Part shown: positions 59,723-64,000 of the stretch, one piece after another
Layout of the letters: each line of letters opens with the position of its first letter
Position numbering within the stretch: position 1 is the stretch's first letter
Source of the DNA: an uncultured Acidobacteriota bacterium
GTDB taxonomy: Bacteria > Acidobacteriota > Vicinamibacteria > Vicinamibacterales > JAFNAJ01
DNA length: 64,000 nt
NCBI GenBank assembly: GCA_963697285.1
Contig: CAVONI010000001.1
Span: forward strand, 320,812-384,811
Reading direction: 5' to 3'
Made by a program: the position numbers and the translations under genes
Notes under the pieces: model-generated
What the model saw: only the letters and a program-made list of their open reading frames with translations
Databases searched by the model: none
Told to the model about the DNA's origin: nothing

Positions 59723-62700
59723 ATGACCATGACGTCCCCCCAGAAGTCACCAGCGAGCCGACCCGGTTTCCTGCGCACATCGATGCGGCATGCGGTCGCC
59801 ACCTTCGCGTCGGGCGTGGTGCTCGCGACGGCCGTTACCCTTGCCGGGCAGGTCGTCTCGGTCGAGACCACCGGCGTCACGCCCGGGGCAATCTTCTCGG
59901 TGACGGCGACGGGGCTCGATGCCACCGCCGCGAACAACCGCATCACGTTCACGCCGGTCTCCGGCGCGCCGGTCACCGTGGCAGCAGCGTCGAGCGCCCT
60001 GGTCGATGCGACGAAGGGCACCCGCCGCGTCGCTGTCAGGGTGCCTGGCGGACTCGAGACCGGGACCGCCACCGTCTCCATCCTCAACACGGTCACGAAT
60101 GACTCGACGAGCGTCGGCACGATCAATATCCTCAGCCTCTCGTTGCCCGAGGTGCGGAGCGGCGCGCCGGGGGCGACCGGGGTCGATGTCCTGGTGCGGG
60201 CGGGCGGCGCGGCCAACTTCGTCGCCGGCCAGACGCGCGTCACGTTCGGCGCGGGCCTGACGGTGCGCAGCGTCTCGGTGATCTCGGCGACCGAGTTGCG
60301 TGCCTCGGTCGACATCGCCTCGACCGCCGCCGAGGGCCCGCGCGCCGTGTCGGTCACGGTGCCCCGCCAGAGCCTCGTGCTCGCCAACGCGTTCAGCGTC
60401 TCGACCGCGTCCCCCGTGAACCAGGATCCAGTTGCGCGCTTCACGATCACGCCGGCGTCGGCGCAGACGGGGCAGTCGGTGGCGTTCGACGGCACGACCT
60501 CGTCTGATCCGGACGGCGACGCCCTGACGTACGAGTGGGCGTTTGGTGACGGCACCTCGGCCACGGGCGCGAACGCCGCGCATGCCTACCTCGCCGCCAC
60601 CACCGTCTCGGTGACGCTCACCGTTCGTGACGGACGCGGAGGTGTCGGCACGGCCACCCAGTCGCTCGTCATCACGGCGCCCCCGCCGACGAACCACGAT
60701 CCGGTCGCGGACTTCACGTTCCAGCCGGCGTCACCGCAGACGAACCAGGCGGTGAGCTTCGACGCCAGCGGCTCGACAGACCAGGATGGCGATCCGCTCA
60801 CGTTCGAGTGGGCCTTCGGCGACGGCGGCACGGCGGCCGGCGCCCAGACCTCACACACGTTCGCCACGCCGAACACCTTCACCGTGTCGCTCACGGTGCG
60901 TGACGGCCGCGGTGGTGCGAACACGACCACGCGCCCGGTCGTGGTCACCGCGCCGCCTCCCGGCAATCGTCCGCCCACGGCAGCGTTCTCGGCGTCGTCG
61001 CTCAGCGTGTTCACGGGACAGGACGTGACGGTCGACGCCGCCACCTCGACGGATCCCGACGGCGACGTGCTGACGTATGGCTGGACGTTCGGAGACGGCA
61101 CTGCGGCGTCGGGTCTCCAGGCGGCACATGCCTACGCCACGGCCGGAAGCTTCACGGTGACGCTCACGGTCAACGACGGCAAGGGCGGAACCGACAGCAC
61201 GTCGAAATCCGTCACGGTGACGACACCAACGCAGGAGAACCGCCAACCGACGGCCGTGATCACCTCGTTCACGAGCGGACTCGTGAATCAGCCGTTCGCG
61301 TTCGACGGCGGCAGTTCGACCGACCCCGACGGCGACGCGCTCACGTACGCCTGGCAGTTCGGCGATGGCGCCGTGGCGGCCGGCGTGGGTGTGACACGCA
61401 CCTACACCGCGACGGGATCCTTCACGGTGACGCTGACCGTCAGCGACGGACGCGGCGGCTCGAGCACAGCGACGCGCCCGATCACGATCAACGCGCCCGA
61501 CCCGTCGAACCAGGCGCCCACCGCGCGCATCGCGGCCCCTGCGTCGGCCGACGAAGACACGCCCGTCGCGATGAATGGCCTGGGCTCGTCCGATCCCGAC
61601 GGCGACGTGCTGTCGTATGTCTGGGACTTCGGCGACACGACCAGCGGCACCGGTGCATCGGTGACGAAGACCTATGCCGAAGCCGGGCCGTTCACCATCT
61701 CGCTCACCGTCAGCGACGGCAAGGGCGGCACGCACACCGCCACGCAGGCGATCACCATCAGTCGCGTCGTGACGCAGAACGCAGACCCCACCGCGGTGAT
61801 CACTGCGGGCGACACGGGAGCAGTGAACCAGCCCGTGCTGTTCAACGCCGGCGCATCGAGCGATCCGGATGGCGACCCGCTGAGCTACGCGTGGACGTTC
61901 GGCGACAGCACGAACGCGACGGGCAAGGACACGTCGCATGCCTACGCGACCGAGGGCACGTTCACGGTCACGCTCACGGTGAGCGATGGCCGGGGCGGCA
62001 CGGGCACGGCGACGAAGGCGGTGCGGATCAGTGCGGTGTCACAGCAGAATCAGCCACCGACGGCCGTGATCAGCGGTGCCGCCTCGGGCGTCGCCGGCGT
62101 CGAGTTGCAGTTCGACGGCCGCGGGTCGAGCGACCCCGACGGCGACGTGCTCACCTACGCGTGGTCGTTCGGCGTCACGGGCGCGACGAGCGCGAGCGAT
62201 GCGCCCGCGTTCATCTATCCCGACGCCGGGACGTTCGTGGTGACGCTCACGGTCACCGACACCGCCGCCAACAGCGATTCGACGACACGCACGATGACGA
62301 TCAGCGCGCCGACCGACCGCGCTCCGCCCGTCGTGGGCCTCGACGGCCCGACCGAGGCCTTGCCGGGCACGATGGTGACGTTTGCCGCGTCGGCCACCGA
62401 CAATGTCGGCGTCACGAACGTGCGCTTCGAGGTCACGGGCATCGACGGCGTGCCGCCGACCGACCTCCCGGCCGCCCCCTACTCGCGCGACATCACGCTG
62501 CCTGCCGTGGTGGCACCCGGACAGCAGGTCACGATCACGGCCATTGCCAGCGACGCCGCCGGCAACACCGGCCGCGCCACCGCACCGCTCACGATCACGA
62601 CGCAGCAGGACTCGACCGAGCCATCGGTGACGCTGGTGGCGCCACCGCGCACGTCACCCGGTGCCTCGATGCTGCTCGTCGCGCGCGCGTCAGACAACCG

Positions 62701-64000
62701 GGGCGTCACGCGCGTCGTGTTCTTCGTCGACGACGTCGAGGTCGGCACCGACACGACCGCGCCCTACGAGGTGACGACGAGCGTGAGCGCGGCGGCGACG
62801 AGCGGGCAGACCCTCACGGCCCTCGCGCGGGCCTTCGATGCCGCAGGCAACAGTGCAGAAAGCGCAGCGGCCATCCCCGTCGTCGCGACCGCCGACACGA
62901 CGGATCCGTCGGTGACGCTGCAGGCGCCGGCCGACGCGCTCCCCGGCGCCCGCATCGACATCGTGGCGACCGCGCAAGACGACACGGGCGTCGCGACGGT
63001 CACGTTCGCGGTTGACGAGGCGCAGTTGCCGGCCGTGTCGGAAGCGCCCTACGCCACGACATACGTGGTGCCGCCGACCGCGCTTCCGGGCTCGACCATC
63101 GCGCTGAGAGCGGTGGCACGCGACTTCGCCGGCAACTCGGGCCAAGCCACGGGCAGCGTCAAGGTCATGGCCCCGCCGGCCTCGTCGCGCGGCGTCGTGT
63201 TGGGCGAGGTCTACAGTGACGCCACCGGGCTGCCGCTGGCCGACGCGCTCGTGACCCTGGTCGGGACCGACGCGCTCGGCAAGCCCTACGCCGAGGCGGC
63301 ATTCTCGGATGCCCGGGGGCGCTACGTGCTCCGCGCCGCCGGCGGCGATGGGAGGCTGGTCGTCACGCTTCAGAACCACACGCGCGTCGATCGCGCCGTG
63401 ACCATCCGTGGCGGACAGGCCACCGAGGCCTTCGACGCGCGGCTCACGCCGCTCGTGGGATCCAACATCATCGTCTCGGCCGTGCTCGGCGGGACGCTGG
63501 ATGCCGCGGGTGTGGCCCTCACGCTTCCGGCCGGATCGCTGTCCACCGATCGCGCGTTCCGCGTGGCGGGGATTGGCCAGCAGGGACTCGCGAACCGCCT
63601 GCCGGCCGGATGGTCGCCCGTGGCGGCCGCCGAGATCCTGCCTCACGACGCGGTGTTCTCCGGCGCGGCGATGCTGCGCGTGTCGAACGCATTCGGGGTG
63701 CCCGCCGCAACGCCGCTTGCGCTCGTGCGCTACGACGAGGACGCAGGTATCTGGCGCGTCGTGCGGTCGCTGACCGTTCCGAGCGGCGGCACGGTGGTGG
63801 AGGCCGAGGTGCCGGGCGGCGGCCAGTACGCGTTCCTCCTCGCTGACACGTCGCCCGTTGCACCGGTTGTGCCCTCCGATGGCGCCGAACTCACCGGCGT
63901 CACTGCCGCCGTGCTTCCGACATCGCTCGACACCACGGTCGCACCGCAGCCGAAGGTCGTCTTCTACTCGCCGGGCGTGCGTTCGCTCGTGACGTCGACC
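59723..64000 (+). CDS. giant secreted repeat protein (IPT/TIG-like, 7 PKD domains, 3 Ig-like domains, carboxypeptidase-regulatory-like domain); 3' end outside window
   Basis: Frame 2 is open from ATG 59723 to the window end. It is absent from the ORF track because it has no stop. The N-terminus is MTMTSPQKSPASRPGFLRTSMRHAVATFASGVVLATAVTLAG. Seven x-DPDGD-x-L-x-Y-x-W-x-FGDG PKD signatures recur every 270-273 nt. DN(V/R)GV Ig-like repeats follow, then GVVLGEVYSDATGLPLADALVTLVG. Confidence 0.85.
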   Translation, partial: MTMTSPQKSPASRPGFLRTSMRHAVATFASGVVLATAVTLAGQVVSVETTGVTPGAIFSVTATGLDATAANNRITFTPVSGAPVTVAAASSALVDATKGTRRVAVRVPGGLETGTATVSILNTVTNDSTSVGTINILSLSLPEVRSGAPGATGVDVLVRAGGAANFVAGQTRVTFGAGLTVRSVSVISATELRASVDIASTAAEGPRAVSVTVPRQSLVLANAFSVSTASPVNQDPVARFTITPASAQTGQSVAFDGTTSSDPDGDALTYEWAFGDGTSATGANAAHAYLAATTVSVTLTVRDGRGGVGTATQSLVITAPPPTNHDPVADFTFQPASPQTNQAVSFDASGSTDQDGDPLTFEWAFGDGGTAAGAQTSHTFATPNTFTVSLTVRDGRGGANTTTRPVVVTAPPPGNRPPTAAFSASSLSVFTGQDVTVDAATSTDPDGDVLTYGWTFGDGTAASGLQAAHAYATAGSFTVTLTVNDGKGGTDSTSKSVTVTTPTQENRQPTAVITSFTSGLVNQPFAFDGGSSTDPDGDALTYAWQFGDGAVAAGVGVTRTYTATGSFTVTLTVSDGRGGSSTATRPITINAPDPSNQAPTARIAAPASADEDTPVAMNGLGSSDPDGDVLSYVWDFGDTTSGTGASVTKTYAEAGPFTISLTVSDGKGGTHTATQAITISRVVTQNADPTAVITAGDTGAVNQPVLFNAGASSDPDGDPLSYAWTFGDSTNATGKDTSHAYATEGTFTVTLTVSDGRGGTGTATKAVRISAVSQQNQPPTAVISGAASGVAGVELQFDGRGSSDPDGDVLTYAWSFGVTGATSASDAPAFIYPDAGTFVVTLTVTDTAANSDSTTRTMTISAPTDRAPPVVGLDGPTEALPGTMVTFAASATDNVGVTNVRFEVTGIDGVPPTDLPAAPYSRDITLPAVVAPGQQVTITAIASDAAGNTGRATAPLTITTQQDSTEPSVTLVAPPRTSPGASMLLVARASDNRGVTRVVFFVDDVEVGTDTTAPYEVTTSVSAAATSGQTLTALARAFDAAGNSAESAAAIPVVATADTTDPSVTLQAPADALPGARIDIVATAQDDTGVATVTFAVDEAQLPAVSEAPYATTYVVPPTALPGSTIALRAVARDFAGNSGQATGSVKVMAPPASSRGVVLGEVYSDATGLPLADALVTLVGTDALGKPYAEAAFSDARGRYVLRAAGGDGRLVVTLQNHTRVDRAVTIRGGQATEAFDARLTPLVGSNIIVSAVLGGTLDAAGVALTLPAGSLSTDRAFRVAGIGQQGLANRLPAGWSPVAAAEILPHDAVFSGAAMLRVSNAFGVPAATPLALVRYDEDAGIWRVVRSLTVPSGGTVVEAEVPGGGQYAFLLADTSPVAPVVPSDGAELTGVTAAVLPTSLDTTVAPQPKVVFYSPGVRSLVTST
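60424..62300 (+). repeat. seven tandem PKD-domain coding repeats (270-273 nt period)
   Basis: The DPDGD codon blocks start at 60506, 60779, 61052, 61322, 61592, 61862 and 62132. Confidence 0.85.

Noticed and set aside
59575-63646. Series of long minus-strand ORFs (59575..60564, 59747..60697, 60851..61939, 62690..63646)
   Set aside because: They are shadow ORFs opposite the open-ended PKD/Ig protein gene. Their translations are Arg/Gly/Asp-rich nonsense, whereas plus frame 2 gives textbook PKD signatures.

Overview
A 64-kb, roughly 68-70% GC chromosomal segment. The gene content (PEP-CTERM proteins, an ECF sigma factor with a Ser/Thr kinase, BNR and PKD exoproteins) suggests a soil Acidobacteriota-like bacterium; this lineage call is inference only. 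About 50 protein genes are supportable. Housekeeping genes include pckG, ackA-pta, gcdH, an aldehyde dehydrogenase, a fused 2-oxoacid dehydrogenase E1 alpha/beta, a class V aminotransferase and a PrpD-family/permease/2-hydroxyacid dehydrogenase operon. Other genes are a PAS hybrid histidine kinase, a LysR regulator, a Phd/VapC toxin-antitoxin pair, an M1 peptidase and the start of a giant PKD/Ig-repeat exoprotein. I saw no rRNA, tRNA, CRISPR array, transposase or integrase. The most interesting locus is 34.26-37.08 kb. It encodes a 124-aa precursor with a twin-arginine leader and nine W-[V/I]-N motifs in a Gly-rich repeat. A partner protein with a CxxCx5C motif and a radical SAM/SPASM enzyme follow. 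A Tat-exported SnoaL-like protein lies upstream and an ECF sigma factor and a PDZ-GAF Ser/Thr kinase lie downstream. This looks like a GRRM/triceptide-type (three-residue cyclophane) RiPP system in an undescribed configuration. Other findings are about 15 inferred frameshifts, 13 of them behaving as single-base insertions and 10 concentrated at 31.9-36.1 kb (seven in a P-type ATPase). There are also a paralogous pair of modular secreted proteins, two intergenic repeat families and several hairpin terminators. All homology statements rest on motif recognition by eye, not on database searches.
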